Source: Malacoraja senta (taxonomy: Eukaryota). Taken from it: a DNA stretch of 64,000 nucleotides. The stretch is from assembly GCA_038087875.1 (NCBI GenBank), contig JAXLNO010000259.1:124001-188000 (forward strand). The letters are read 5' to 3'. Below the pieces are notes generated by a model. That model did not search any database. It had not been told where the DNA came from and worked only from the letters and a program-made list of their open reading frames with translations. A program made the translations under genes and the position numbers. Of this stretch, positions 13,075-25,385 are shown piece by piece (within the stretch, counting starts at the first letter, position 1; each line of letters begins with the position of its first letter).

Positions 13075-14280
13075 TAGAAACATAGAAACATAGAAAATAG
13101 GTGCAGGATGAGGCCCTTCGGCCCTTCGATCTAGCACCGCCATTCATTGTGATCATGGCTGATCGTCCCCAATCAATAACCCGTGCCTGGCTTCTCCCCT
13201 ATCCCTTGATTCCACTAGCCCCGAGAGCTCTAACTCTCTCTAAATCCATCCAGTGATTTGGTCTCCACTGCGCTCTGTGGCAGGGAATACCATAAATTCA
13301 CAACTCTCTGGTTGAAAAGTGTTTTCTCACCTTAGTCTTAAATGGCCTCCCACTTATTCTAAGACTGTGGCCCCTGGTTCTGGACTCGACCAACATTGTG
13401 AAAGATTTTCCTGCATCTAGCTTGTCCAGTCCTTTTATAATTTTATATGTTTCGATAAGATCTCCCCTCATCCTTCTAAACTCCAGTGAATACAAGAATA
13501 GTCTTTTCAATGTTACTCATATGAAAGGCCCGCCATCCCACGGATCAATCCCGTGAACCTACGCTGCACTGCCTCAATCACAAGGATGTCCTTCCTCAAA
13601 TTAGGAGACCAAAACTGTACACAATACTCCAGATGTGGTCTTACCAGAGCCCAATACAACCGCAGATGAATCTCTCTATTCCTACACTGAAATCCTCTTG
13701 TTATGACCACTTCCGTCTTCTCACCCTTGAGGATGCCCTGCAATCGGTCCGTGACGTCCTGCAACGAGGCCCCAGGGAGGCAACACGCCATCCTTCAGTC
13801 ACGCCTGTTGTAGCAGGAAACCCTGTCTGTACCTCAAACTATGTAGTCCCCTATTGCACGGCCCTGCCAGACGTCTGTTTCTTCGGATTTATTTTCTGTA
13901 CCGACAGCTTCCGAGAGAGTGTACGTGTTTTCAAGAGGTACAACCCTCGTGGTCTCCTGTACTCCAAGCTCCCTTCCCTTCCTCATCGTCATCCACCTTA
14001 TCACTTCCGGAATCGTCGGTGTAAAGATGGTAGGTCCTGTCCAGGAAACTCATTTTATTCGGATGATCCCGGGATCATCAAGTTGCCTCTCCAGTGCCCG
14101 AACACCGTGCTTCAGGAGCTGAACATGGACACACTTTCCAGAGTTTTACCAGCCAGGGGCACCAGCGGTGTCCCTGACCTCCCACAGGCTGCGAACATCA
14201 CGGTAAATGGTGTGTTGTACAACACTAATATAGCTCCCTGGAGTTCACGACATTTTTCTCCTCACACCCACTTTTCCAAA
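13075..14280 (-). mobile_element. Internally deleted CR1 (ORF1 fused to the RT C-terminus), part of the duplicated unit
   Basis: GILKGEKTEVV|ITRGFQ junction; the same junction recurs at about 24520 and 28545. Confidence 0.8.
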
Positions 14281-14611
14281 TGTCAGGCTCTATAAGGCGC
14301 TGGTCATAACATATTTGGAGCATTTTGAGCATTGTGAGCAAATATCGGTTGCTTAGCTAACCAGTCATGATCATGGGGAGCCTGCTATTACTATCTACTA
14401 TTAGCCGAGGAAGGGTGTGCTGGCGCTCAAGAGGGTCCAGAAGAGGTTTACAAGACCGATGCCATACATAAGTGGGTCATCATATAATGAGTGTTTGACG
14501 GAGTCAACACTAACCCTAGGGAGAGGCACACGTATCGGAAGGAAAAGTGCAACCGCCCTGTTGCCCTCCTGTTCGATGCGATCATAGAAAGTGCTCAGTT
14601 CATCGTGCACT

Positions 14612-14962
14612 GATAGAAAGATAGAAACTTAGAAAATAGGTGCAGGAGAAGGCCATTCGGCCCTTCGAGCCAGCACCGCCATTCATTGTGATCATTGCTG
14701 ATCGTACCCTATCAATAACCAGTGTCTGCCTTCTCCCCATATCCCTTCACTCCACCAGCCCCTAGATCTATATCTAACTCTCTCTTAAATCCATCCAGAG
14801 ACTTGGCCTCCACTCCCCTCTATGGCAGGAAATTCCATAAATTCACACATCTCTGATTGAAAAGGTTTTTTCTCACCTCAGTCATAAATGACCTCCCCTT
14901 TACTCAAAGACCGTGGCCCCTGGTTCTGGACTAGCCCCATATTGGCAAAAAAATTCCTGCAT
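14612..14962 (-). mobile_element. CR1 3' end
   Basis: Degenerate (GAAACATA)n tail and CR1 3' UTR; homolog at 29827-30148. Confidence 0.8.
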
Positions 14963-15819
14963 ATCACCATTTATCTTGGTTGATATCGATTAGCTGCCAG
15001 TTATCTTATTCAGACATTGCCAATTTCTCAGAGTGTTCCAATGATTAGACTGGGACTGAGGATTGTCCCGGTAATATTTCTTAGCATCCTTATTGGCTTT
15101 CCGGAGAACATAGCTGGCCTTCATATACCGCTGGTCCTTTGGCCATTGTCATCGCACATGCTGCCGGACCAGCTAAGTTCTTCCATCACTCTGTCTTGTC
15201 GTAACGTAAACCTAGTTAAATTTTCTTGCTGAAATGTATTTGCAAATGTTGACCCTTCGACCTAGCCCGTCCACCCCGTATAATACACCCCATCCCAGAC
15301 AATCCCTTTTGTCTGCGTTTGCCAGTTATCCATCTAAGTCATTCCTATCCATGTGCCTGTCCAATTTAATTGTAAATTTTATTATTGTACAATGTTCCCA
15401 ACGCCCTTCGTGCGAAACCGTTGTCAATCGTGTCCCAAATAAATCATCCCACCCCACCTTAAACGTATATGAATTGTTCTTATTTCGCCCACCTTATTTA
15501 CTTTAACCTTTAGAACCTTAATTTTAACCTCCACGCCACTACACGATCACCTATTCACGCTTGTACGATCACCTCTTGCATTTACACCCTGGAAGTTGTC
15601 ACCTAATAATATTTCCTATGTTTTCCATAATTTCCCAATTGAGACTCTCCCGTGAAAAACAATTGCTCGAACGGAATTATATGTAAAATATATATAAAAT
15701 AGTGAAGTCGGTGACCAACGTTTATTAATTGGTACAGTTATTCATGGAATTGCTTTCCATGGAGAGTTAATAGTGAGCTGAAGAGCGGGCTGGTGTTCGT
15801 GTGGCAGACTCCTTGATTA

Positions 15820-15932
15820 CTAACGTGGCTTGCAGCACTTGTTATCTATAGAACACCGCAAATGCAACTTTATCTCTTGCTGGTAAGTACACAGGGGTCT
15901 GCAATATGCTCCTCTGAGTTTGCATTTTCTCG
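15820..15932 (-). CDS. Beta-defensin-like copy 2, intact mature-peptide exon (x-RKCKLRGAYCRPLCTYQQEIKLHLRCSIDNKCCKPR*); its own exon 1 is deleted
   Basis: Acceptor tttcttttcatgatcag, 113 nt, six Cys spaced C-x6-C-x3-C-x11-C-x5-CC, 10 K/R versus 2 D/E. AATAAA at 15726-15721. Confidence 0.9.
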
Positions 15933-17968
15933 CTGATCATGAAAAGAAACATTTTCAAAGATCCAATGAAAATAAGGTGAACTATAAAGCATTATACCCT
16001 GCTTTGATGTAACATGCTTTGTGCCGTTTATTGCACTGTTCCAGGTGACCAACAGGTCTGATATTATGTTAAATTCACTGCATCCCTTACATCAATCTTT
16101 TTGGTAATTCACACTTCATTCTCAACAAATTAAGAAAGAAATCTGATAGACGTTTATAATGGACATCTCGAATTCACCGTTGTGCACTGCATTTTGCGCA
16201 AGGCCGACAGGATTGTGAACTTGAACGTGAACACGAAATGCAAGAATTTGAAGAAGGGTCTCAACCCGAAACTCCACCCGTTTATTCTCTCCAGAGATGC
16301 AACCACTCCCGCTGAGCATGTTGTGTATATCTCCACTTTGTTCAGACATTGGGGACCAAACGTTCAAGTTCCCAATCCTGGCTGCCTCTCGCGAAGTGCA
16401 CAATGGTTAATTCGTGATATCCAGTTTAACCTTCCATCAAACCTCATTCTTAATTGTAGAGAATAATGTGTGAACGAAGAAAGTGATCGGTGTATGGAAT
16501 GGAGTGTATTTAACATGATATAGAAACATAGACACGTAGAAAATAGGTGCAGGAGTAGGCCATTCCGCCCTTCGAGCATGCACCCCCATTCCACATGATC
16601 ATGGCTGATCATCCAACTCAATATCCCGATCCTGCCTTCTCTCGATACCCCCTGATCCCCTTAGCCACATCGGCCACATCTAACTCACTCTTAAATATAG
16701 CCAATTAACTGGCCTCAACTACCTTCTGTGGCAGAGAATTCCAGAGATTCTCCACTCTGTGTGAAAAATGTTTTGCTCATCGCGGTCCTAAATCACTTCC
16801 CCCTTATTCTTAAACTGTGACCCCTTGTTCTGGACTTCCCCCACATCGGGAACAATCTTCCTGCATCTAGCCTGTCCAACCCCTTAAGAATTTTGTCATT
16901 TCTATAAGATCCCCCCTCAATCTTCTAAATTCTAGCAAGTACAAGCCGAGTATATCCAGTCTTTCTTCATATGAAAGTCCTGACATCCCAGGAATCAGTC
17001 TGGTGAACCTTCTCTGTACTCCCTCTATGGCGAGAATGTCTTTCCTCAGATTAGGAGACGAAAACTGTACGCAATACTCCAGGTGTGGTCTCACCAAGAC
17101 CCTGTACAACTGCAGTAGAACCTCCCAGCTCCTATACTCAAATCCCTTTGCGATGATTTTGCTACATACCATTCGCTTTCTTCACTGCCTGCTGCACCTG
17201 CATGCCTACTTTCAATGACTGGTGTACCATGACACCCATGTCACGTTGCATCTCCCCTTTTTCTAATCGGCCACCATTCAGATAAAAGTCGACTTTACTG
17301 TTTTTGCCACCAAAGTGGATAACCTCACATGTATCCACATTATACTGCATCGCCATGCATTTGCCCACTCACCCAACCTATCCAAGTCATCTTGCAGCCT
17401 CCCTGCATCATCTAACAGCTAACACTGCCCGCCAGCTTCGTGTCATCCGCAAACTTGGAGATGTTGCATTCAATTCCCTCGTCCAAATCATGAATATATA
17501 TTGTAAACAGCTGGGGTCCCAGCACCATGCCTTGCGGTACCCTACTAGTCACTGCCTGCCATTCTGAAAACGACCCGTTTATTCCTACACTTTGCTTCCT
17601 GTCTGCCAGCCAGTTCTCTATCCACATCAATACTGAACCCCCAATACCGTGTGCTTTAAGTTTGCATACTAATCTCTTATGTGGGACCTTGTCGAATGCT
17701 TTCTGTAAGTCCAGATGTAACACATCCACTGGTTCTCCCTTATCCACTCTACTAGTTACATCCTCGGAAAATTCTATAAGATTCGTCAGACGCGATTTAC
17801 CTTTCATAAATCCATGCTGACTTTGTCCAATGATTTCACTACTTTCCAAATGTGCTGCTATTCCATCTTTAATAACTGACTCTAGCAGTTTCCCCACTAC
17901 CGATGTTAGACTAACTGGTCTGTAATTCCCCGTTTTCTCTCACCCTCCCTTTTGAAATAGTGGGGTTA

Positions 17969-18130
17969 CAGGAGGAGGAGCAGCGTCCGGGTAGTGAGTA
18001 GTTAAACAGCGCGGGGCTTTGCTTTCCAGACGCCCAGGGACCGTTGCAGGAGGAGGAGCAGCGTCCGGGTAGTGAGTAGTTAAACAGCGCGGGGCTTGTC
18101 TTTCCAGACGCCCAGGGACCGTTGCAGGAG
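17969..18130 (+). repeat. 78-bp tandem duplication in the CR1 5' UTR
   Basis: caggaggaggagcagcgtcc...gaccgttg at 17969 and 18047. Confidence 0.9.
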
Positions 18131-18249
18131 TGCCAAAAACTGCAACGTTCCATTCATGTTTCCTATGTGAGGAAGTCGCTGATTGGTGGAAGAGGACTAA
18201 GAGGAAGCAGCTGATTGGGAGTCAGGTCCCTGCTGATTTCCTCCACCAG

Positions 18250-18367
18250 TTTGTATTATATCCAGAGTAAGGCTTTATATTGTATCCAGGGTAAGACTTT
18301 GTATTATATCCAGGGTAAGGCTTTATATTGCATCCAGGGTAAGGCTTGGTATTGTATCCAGGGTAAG
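18250..18367 (+). repeat. About 5 copies of a 24-bp minisatellite in the CR1 5' UTR
   Basis: Unit approximately tgtattatatccagggtaaggctt. Confidence 0.9.
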
Positions 18368-18618
18368 GGAGTAGAATGAGGGCCAGGGCAGTTTACTGTT
18401 CTAGATGTCAGATGTGGGAGGTCATGGAGTCTGATACCCGTCCTGACGTCCACATCTGTGTCAGGTGCGTAGAGATGGGGTTCCGAAGGGACCGTGTTAG
18501 GAACCTGGAGCAGCAGCTCGATGTCCTCTGTCTGATCAGGGAGAGTGAGGAGGTCATAGAAAGGACTTATAGGGAGGTGGCCAATCCAAGACCACGGGAG
18601 GCAGACGAGTGGGTCATG

Positions 18619-19628
18619 GTGGGACCCATCAGCGGAGATGATGAATCAATGTACAGGGAGGAAGTAAAACAACTAATAGACTGGTGCGGCAAAAATAAGC
18701 TAGAACTAAATGGGGAAAAAACAAAGGAAATGGTTGTCGACTTCAGGAGGGCGCAGCCAAAGCATGCACCCCTTAACATCAGTGGCGCCACAGTGGAGAG
18801 AGTGGAGAGCATAAAGTTCCTCGGGGTGCAAATTACGGACAGCCTCACCTGGTCCAGAAACACGACTGGGACCGTCAAAAGGGCCCATCAGCGACTGCAC
18901 TTCCTGAGGAAACTAAAAACAAGCCTCACTCCCCACCAATATCCTCAGGACTTTCTACAGGGGTACGGTGGAGTCTGTACTCACGTACTGTTTAAATACG
19001 TGGTACTCCACCTGAAACTGCTCGGACAGGAAGGCTCTGCAGAGGGTAGTGAGGGGAGCAGAGAAGATCATTGTCGTCTCCCTACCCTCGGTAAAAGAAC
19101 TGTTCCTGAGCCGCTGTCGGAAAAAAGCCCCAAAAATTGCCAAGGACAAAATGCACCCCCTCCACATACACCTAGATCTCCTGCCATTAGGCAAGAGATA
19201 TCGCAGCATCAACGCCCGGACTACAAGACTGCTAAACAGCTTCCTGTCATATGATGTGAGGCAGCTAAACAGACACTCTGTACTCACAGTCACCTGATCT
19301 GCGGCTTAACACGGACACTATAATAACTGGCACTGGCCACTTCAATAACTGGCACTGGCCACTCAAATCAGCCACCCCGGACATGTTTATGATTGGTCTT
19401 ACTGTATTTTAACGTTGTTTGTATCTATTTTAACTTATACTGTTCCATCAGGATCTGGATTGTTTTAGTGTTGTTATTATTATTATTATGTATGAAATGT
19501 TTTAAACGACATGTGCGATGCTCCGGTATTCCGTGGGAAACGTCTTTTCGTTTTGCACTGCACAACTGTTGCTTGCAAGATGACAATAAAGGAATTGAAT
19601 TGAATTGAATTGAATTGAATTGAATTAA
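18619..19628 (+). mobile_element. Rex1/Babar-like LINE, 5'-truncated, inserted in CR1 ORF1
   Basis: DESMYREEV..WC..KTKEMVVDFRR..FLGVQI..LTWS..QRLHFLRKL; AATAAA followed by a (GAATT)n tail at 19591-19627. Confidence 0.8.
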
Positions 19629-22600
19629 GTTAGGAAGGGCAAGGGGCAGAGGCAGGGACTAGTTTGTACCCCGGTGGCTGTACACCTTGAAAATAAGTAC
19701 TCCTGTTTGAGTACTGTTGGGGGGGACAGCCTTCCTGGGGGTAGCGACAGCGGCCGGGCCTCCGGCACAGAGACCGGCCCTGTTGTTCAGAACGGTAGGG
19801 AAAAGAAGAGGAGGCCAATAGTAATAGGGGACTCCATGGTTAGGGGGTCGGATAGGCGATTCTGTGGACGCAGTCAGGAGACCCGGATGGTAGTTTGCCT
19901 CCCTGGTGCCAGGGTCAGGGATGTGTCTGAACGCGTCAAAGATATCCTGAAATCGGAGGGAGAGGAACCTGATGGTGTGGTACATATAGGTATCAATGAC
20001 ATAGGCAGAAAAAGAGAAGAGGTCCTGAAAGGAACATTTAGGGTGTTGGGAGAAGAGTTAAGATCCGCAAAGGTAACAATCTCGGGATTACTACCTGTGC
20101 CACGCGACAGTGAGAGTAGGAATGAAATGAGGTGGAGGATAAATGCGTGGCTGAGGAACTGGTGCAGCGGGCAGGGATTCAAATTTCTGGATCATTGGGA
20201 CCTCTATTGGGGAAGGTGTGACCTGTACAGAAAGGACGGGTTGCACTTGAACCCGATGGGAACCAACATCCTGGCGGGGAGATTTGCAAAGGCTACTGGG
20301 GAGACTTTAAACTAGAACGGTTGGGGGGAGGGACTCAAATAGAGAAAGATAGTAGAAACTGTGGGAGGCAGGAAGCAGGGAAGGGAAGCACTCGGACCCA
20401 AAATGTAGGGGAGAAAGAAGAAAAAGTTAATAAACAGAGAATAAGTGGTGGTGGGTTTCTTAAATGTGTAAGAAAGGTGGATGAGCTTAGAGTCTGGATT
20501 GACACCTGGAAGTATGATGTTGTGGCGATCAGTGAAATATGGTTGCAGGAGGTCTGTGATTGGAAACTAAATATTCCAGGATTTCGTTGCTTCAGGGGTG
20601 ATAGAATTGGAGGGGCAAGAGGTGGGGGTGTTGCATTGCTTGTCAAGGAAGATATTACAGCAGTGCTTTGGCAGGATAGATTAGAGGGCTCGTCTAGGGA
20701 GGCTATTTGGGTGGAGCTGAGAAATGGGAAAGGTGTAGCAACACTTATAGCGGTGTATTATAGACCGCCAAATGGGGAGCGAGAATTGGAAGAGCAAATA
20801 TGTAAGGACATAGCAGATATTAGTAGTAAGCACAAGGTAGTGATTGTGGGAGATTTCAATTTTCCACACATAGACTGGGAAACACATTCTGTAAAAGCGC
20901 TGGATGGTTTGGAGTTTGTAAAATGTGTGCAGGATAGTTTTTGCAGCAATACATAGTGGTACCTACTAGAGAAGGGGCACTGCTGGACCTCCTGTTAGGA
21001 AATGAGACAGGGCAGGTGGCGGAGGTAAGCGTCGGGGAGCACTTCGGGTCCAGTGATCACAATACCATTAGTTTCAATATAATTATGGAGAGGGTCAGAA
21101 CTGGACCTAGGGTTGAGATTTTTGATTGGAGAAAGGCTAACTTTGAGGAGATGCGAAAGGATTTAAAAGGAGTGAATTAGGACGTTGTTTTATGGGAAGG
21201 ATGTAGAAGAGAAATGGAGGACATTTAAAGGTGACATTTTAAGAGTACAGAATCTTTATGTCCCTGTTCGGTTGAAAGGAAATAGTAAAAATTGGACACT
21301 GGTTCGGAAAAAGAGAGAGATCTATAATAATTATAGGCAGCATGGAGTAAATGAGGTGCTTGAGGAGTATAAAGAATGTAAAAAGAATATTAAGAAAGAA
21401 ATTAGAATAACTAAAAGGAGATATGAGGTTGCTTTGGCAAGTAAGGTGAAAGTAAAACCAAAGGGTTTCTACATCTATATTAATAGCAAAAGGATAACAA
21501 GGAATAAAATTGGTCCATTCGAGAGTCAGAGTGGACAGCTATCTGCAGAGCCAAAAGAGATGGGGGATATATTGAACACATTCTTTTCTTCGGTATTCAC
21601 CACGGAGAAGGATATGGAATTAGGTGAGGTAAGGGAAACAAGCAGAGTGGCAATGGAAACTATGAGATTCAAAGAAGAGGAGGTGCGGGCACTTTTGAAA
21701 AATATGAAAACGGATAAGTCTCCAGGTCCTGACAGGATATTCCCGAGGACATTGAGGGAAGTTAGTGTAGAAATAGCAGGGGCTATCACAGAAATATTTC
21801 AAATGTTATTAGAAACGGGAATAGTGCCGGAGGATTGGCGTACTGCGCATGTTGTTCCGTTGTTTAAAAAGGGTTCTAGGAGTAAACCTAGCAATTATAG
21901 ACCTGTTAGTTTGACGTCAGTGGTGGGCAAATTAATGGAAAGGATACTTCAAGATAATATATATAAGCATCTGGATAAGCAGGGTCTGATTAGGAACAGT
22001 CAACATGGATTTGTGCCTGGAAGGTCATGTTTCACTAAACTTCTAGAATTTTTCGAAGAGGTTACTAGAGAAATTGATGAGGGTAAAGCAGTGGATGTTG
22101 TCTATATGGACTTCAGTAAGGCCTTTGACAAGGTTCCTCGTGGAAGGTTGGTTAAGAAGATTAAATTGTTGGGTATTAATTGTGGAGTAGTAAGATGGAT
22201 TCAACAGTGGCTGAATGGGAGATGCCAGAGAGTAATGGTGGATGGCTGTTTGTCAGGTTGGAGGCCGGTGACTAGTGGGGTGCCTCAGGGGTCTGTGTTG
22301 GGTCAACTGTTGTTTGTCATGTTAATCAATGATCTGGATGATGGTGTGGAAAATTGGATTAGTAAGTATGCAGATGATACTAAGATAGGTGGTGTGGTGG
22401 ATAATGAAGTAGATTTTCAAATTCTACAGAGAGATTCAGGCCATTTGGAAGAGTGGGCTGAAAGATGGCAGATGGAGTTTAATGCTGATAAATGTGAGGT
22501 ACTACATCTCGGCAGGACAAATCAAAATAGGACGTACATGGTAAACGGTAGAGAATTGAGGAATGCAGTTGAACAGAGGGATCTAGGAATAACTGTGCAT

Positions 22601-24232
22601 AGTTCCCTGAAGGTGGAATCTCATGTAGATAGGGTGGTAAAGAACGCTTTTGGGGTGCTGGCCTTTATAAATCAGAGCATTGAATATAGAAGTTGGGATG
22701 TAATGTTAAAATTGTACAAGGCATTGGTGAGGCCAATTCTGGAGTATGGAGTACAATTTTGGTCCCCTAATTTTAGGAAGGATGTCAACAAAATAGAGAG
22801 AGTACAGAGGAGATTTACTAGAATGTTGCCTGGGTTTCAGCAACTAAGTTACAGAGAAAGGTTGAACAAGTTAGGTCTTTATTCTTTGGAGCGCAGAAGT
22901 TTAAGAGGGGACTTGATAGAGGTCTTTAAAATTATGAGCGGGTTAGACAGAGTTGACGTGGATAAGCTTTTTTCCATTGAGAGTAGGGAAGATTCAAACA
23001 AGTGGACATGCATTGAGAATTAAGGGACAGGAGTTTAGGAGTAACATTAGGGGGAACTGCTTTACTCAGAGAGTGGTAGCTGTGTGGAATGAGCTTCCAG
23101 TGGAAGTGGTGGAGGCTGGTTCGATGTTATCCTTTAAAAATAGATTGGATGTGTATATGGACGGGAAAGGAATGGCGGGTTATGGTCTGAGTGCAGGTAG
23201 ATGGGACCAGGGGGAAGTATTTATTTAAAAAATAAAAAATAAAAAAGTTCGGCACGGACTTGAAGGGCGAGATGACCTGTTTCCGTGCTGTAATTGTTAT
23301 ATGGTTATATGGTTATATGGTTACATTAGCTACCCTCCAACCCTCAGGAACTACTCCAGAATCTAAAGAGTTTTGAAAAATTATCACTAATGCATCCAAT
23401 ATTTCTGGGGCTACGTCCTTAAGTAGTCTGGGGTGCAGCCTATCTGACCTGGGGATTTATCGGCCTTTAATCCATTCAATTTACCTAACACCACTTCCCG
23501 GCTAACCTGGATTTCACTCAGTTCCACCTAATTTGTACCCCGGTCCCCTGCTATTTCCGGCAGATTATTTATGTCTTCCTCAGTGAAGACAGAACCAAAG
23601 TAGTTATTCAATTGGTCTGCCATGTCCTTGTTCCCCATGATCAAATCACCTGTTTCTGACTGCAAGGGACCTACATTTGTTGTAACTAATCTTTTTCTCT
23701 TCACATATCTAAAATAACTTTTGCAGTCAGTTTTTATGGTCCCTGCCAGTATTTTTCATAATCTATTTTCCCTTTCCTAATTAATCCATTTGTCCTCCTC
23801 TGCTGGATGCTCATTCTTAATTGTAGAGAATAATGTGTGAACGATGAAACTGATTGGTGTATGGAATGGAGCGAATTCACCATGATATCTCATTGATCTT
23901 CAGTGTGTAGAAGGGTCTCGACCGGAAACGTCTCCCGTTTCTTCTCATCAGAGCTGTGGCCTGTCCCGCTGGGGCACCTTAGCATTATTTGTCTGTCTTC
24001 TGTATCTCACAGCATCTACAGTTCCTTCCTACACATCCTGTTTAAAGTGGAGACTATTAGAGAACCAGTGCGACTTATCAGTTCGATGAATTACTCCTTT
24101 ACAGGAGCTTCCGTGGCGTGTCTCTGGGGCTCGCAATAGACTCAGAAAAAAGAAATACTAAATAGATTACGGATTCGACCATTATCTACTAATATTAGCA
24201 GCCATTCTAACAATCTGAACCAGCACCATTCA

Positions 24233-25385
24233 ATCCTAACCCTAACCCTATAATCTTATAAATTTCTATAAGATCTCCCCTCATCCTTCTAAACTCCAGT
24301 GAATACAAGCCTAGTATTTTCAATCTTTCCTCATATGACAGTTTCGCCATCTCAGGGATCAATCCGGTGAATCTACGCTGTACTGCCTCAATCACGAGGA
24401 TGTCCTTCCTCAAATTAGGAGACTAAAACTGTATACAATACTCCAGATGTGTTCTGACCAGAGCACAATACATCTGCAGAAGAATCTCTCTAGTCCTATA
24501 CTGAAATTGTCTTGTTATGCCCACGTCCGGCTTCTCAACCTTGAGGATGCCCTGCAATCGGTCCGTGACGTCCTGCAACCAGGCACGAGGGAGCCAACAC
24601 GCCATCCTTGAATCACGCATGTTGTCGCAGGAACCCCTGTCTGTACCTCTCACTATGTAGTCCCTACTGCCACGACCCTGCCTGACGTCTGTCTCTTCGG
24701 CTTTTTCTTCTGTACTGACAGTTTCCGAGAGCGTGAACGTGTTTTCAAGACGTACATCCCCCGGCGTCACCTGTACTCCAAAGTCCCTTTCCTTCCTCAT
24801 CGTCACCCAACTTGTCACTTCCGGTATCTTCGGTGTAAAGATGGTAGGTCCTGCCCAGTAAACTATTTTTATTCGGATGACCCGAGGTCATCAAGTTGCC
24901 TCTCCAGTGCCCGAACACCGTGCTTCGATTTTACCAGCGAGAGGCACCAGCGGTATCCCTGACCTTCCACATCCTGCAAACATCACACTGAATAGTATGT
25001 TCCTTGTTGTACAACACTAATATAGCGCTCTGGAGTTCACAACATTTTTCTCCTTACACCCACTTTTCCAAATGTCAGGCTCTATAAGGCGCGTATTTGG
25101 TGCATTTGTGAGCAAATATGTGTTCCTTAGCTGATCAGTCATGACCATGGGGAGCCTACTATTACTACCTACTATTAGCTGAGAAAGGGTGTGTTGGCGC
25201 TGAAGAGGGTCCAGAAGAAGTTTACAAGAATGATGCCAGCAATAAGTGGGTTAATATATAATGAGTGTTTGGCGGAGTCAACAGTCACCCTAGGGAGAGG
25301 CACACGTTTCGGAGGGGAAAGTGTCACCGCCCTGTTTCCCTTCTGTTTGATGCGATAATAGAACGCACTCAGTTCATCGGACAGT
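24233..25385 (-). repeat. Second copy of the deleted-CR1 block
   Basis: Colinear with 13435-14610. Confidence 0.8.

Larger units (their letters stand above)
17969..23325 (+). mobile_element. Near full-length CR1: 5' UTR, ORF1 (zinc finger/leucine zipper plus SGNH esterase) and frameshifted ORF2
   Basis: ORF1 CSRC..CVRC and VIGDSMVRG..DGLH; ORF2 EN and RT fragments; (ATGGTTAT)n tail; GGTTACA at both ends. Confidence 0.92.
16522..23809 (-). mobile_element. CR1 in the defensin copy 2 intron (16522-17968 plus 23326-23809), split by a younger CR1
   Basis: RT motifs; sequence is continuous across the insertion (ggggttaca|ttagctacc). Paralogous insertion at 35529-37462. Confidence 0.85.

Noticed and set aside
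13633..14295. 220-aa plus-strand ORF
   Set aside because: Antisense to a decayed CR1 ORF1 and not open in the other two block copies.
18250..18367. Regular short repeats resembling a CRISPR array
   Set aside because: Head-to-tail minisatellite with no unique spacers, in a eukaryotic LINE 5' UTR.
18376..19254. 292-aa zinc finger-RT fusion protein
   Set aside because: Chance in-frame junction between CR1 ORF1 and an inserted Rex1/Babar fragment; it frameshifts soon after.
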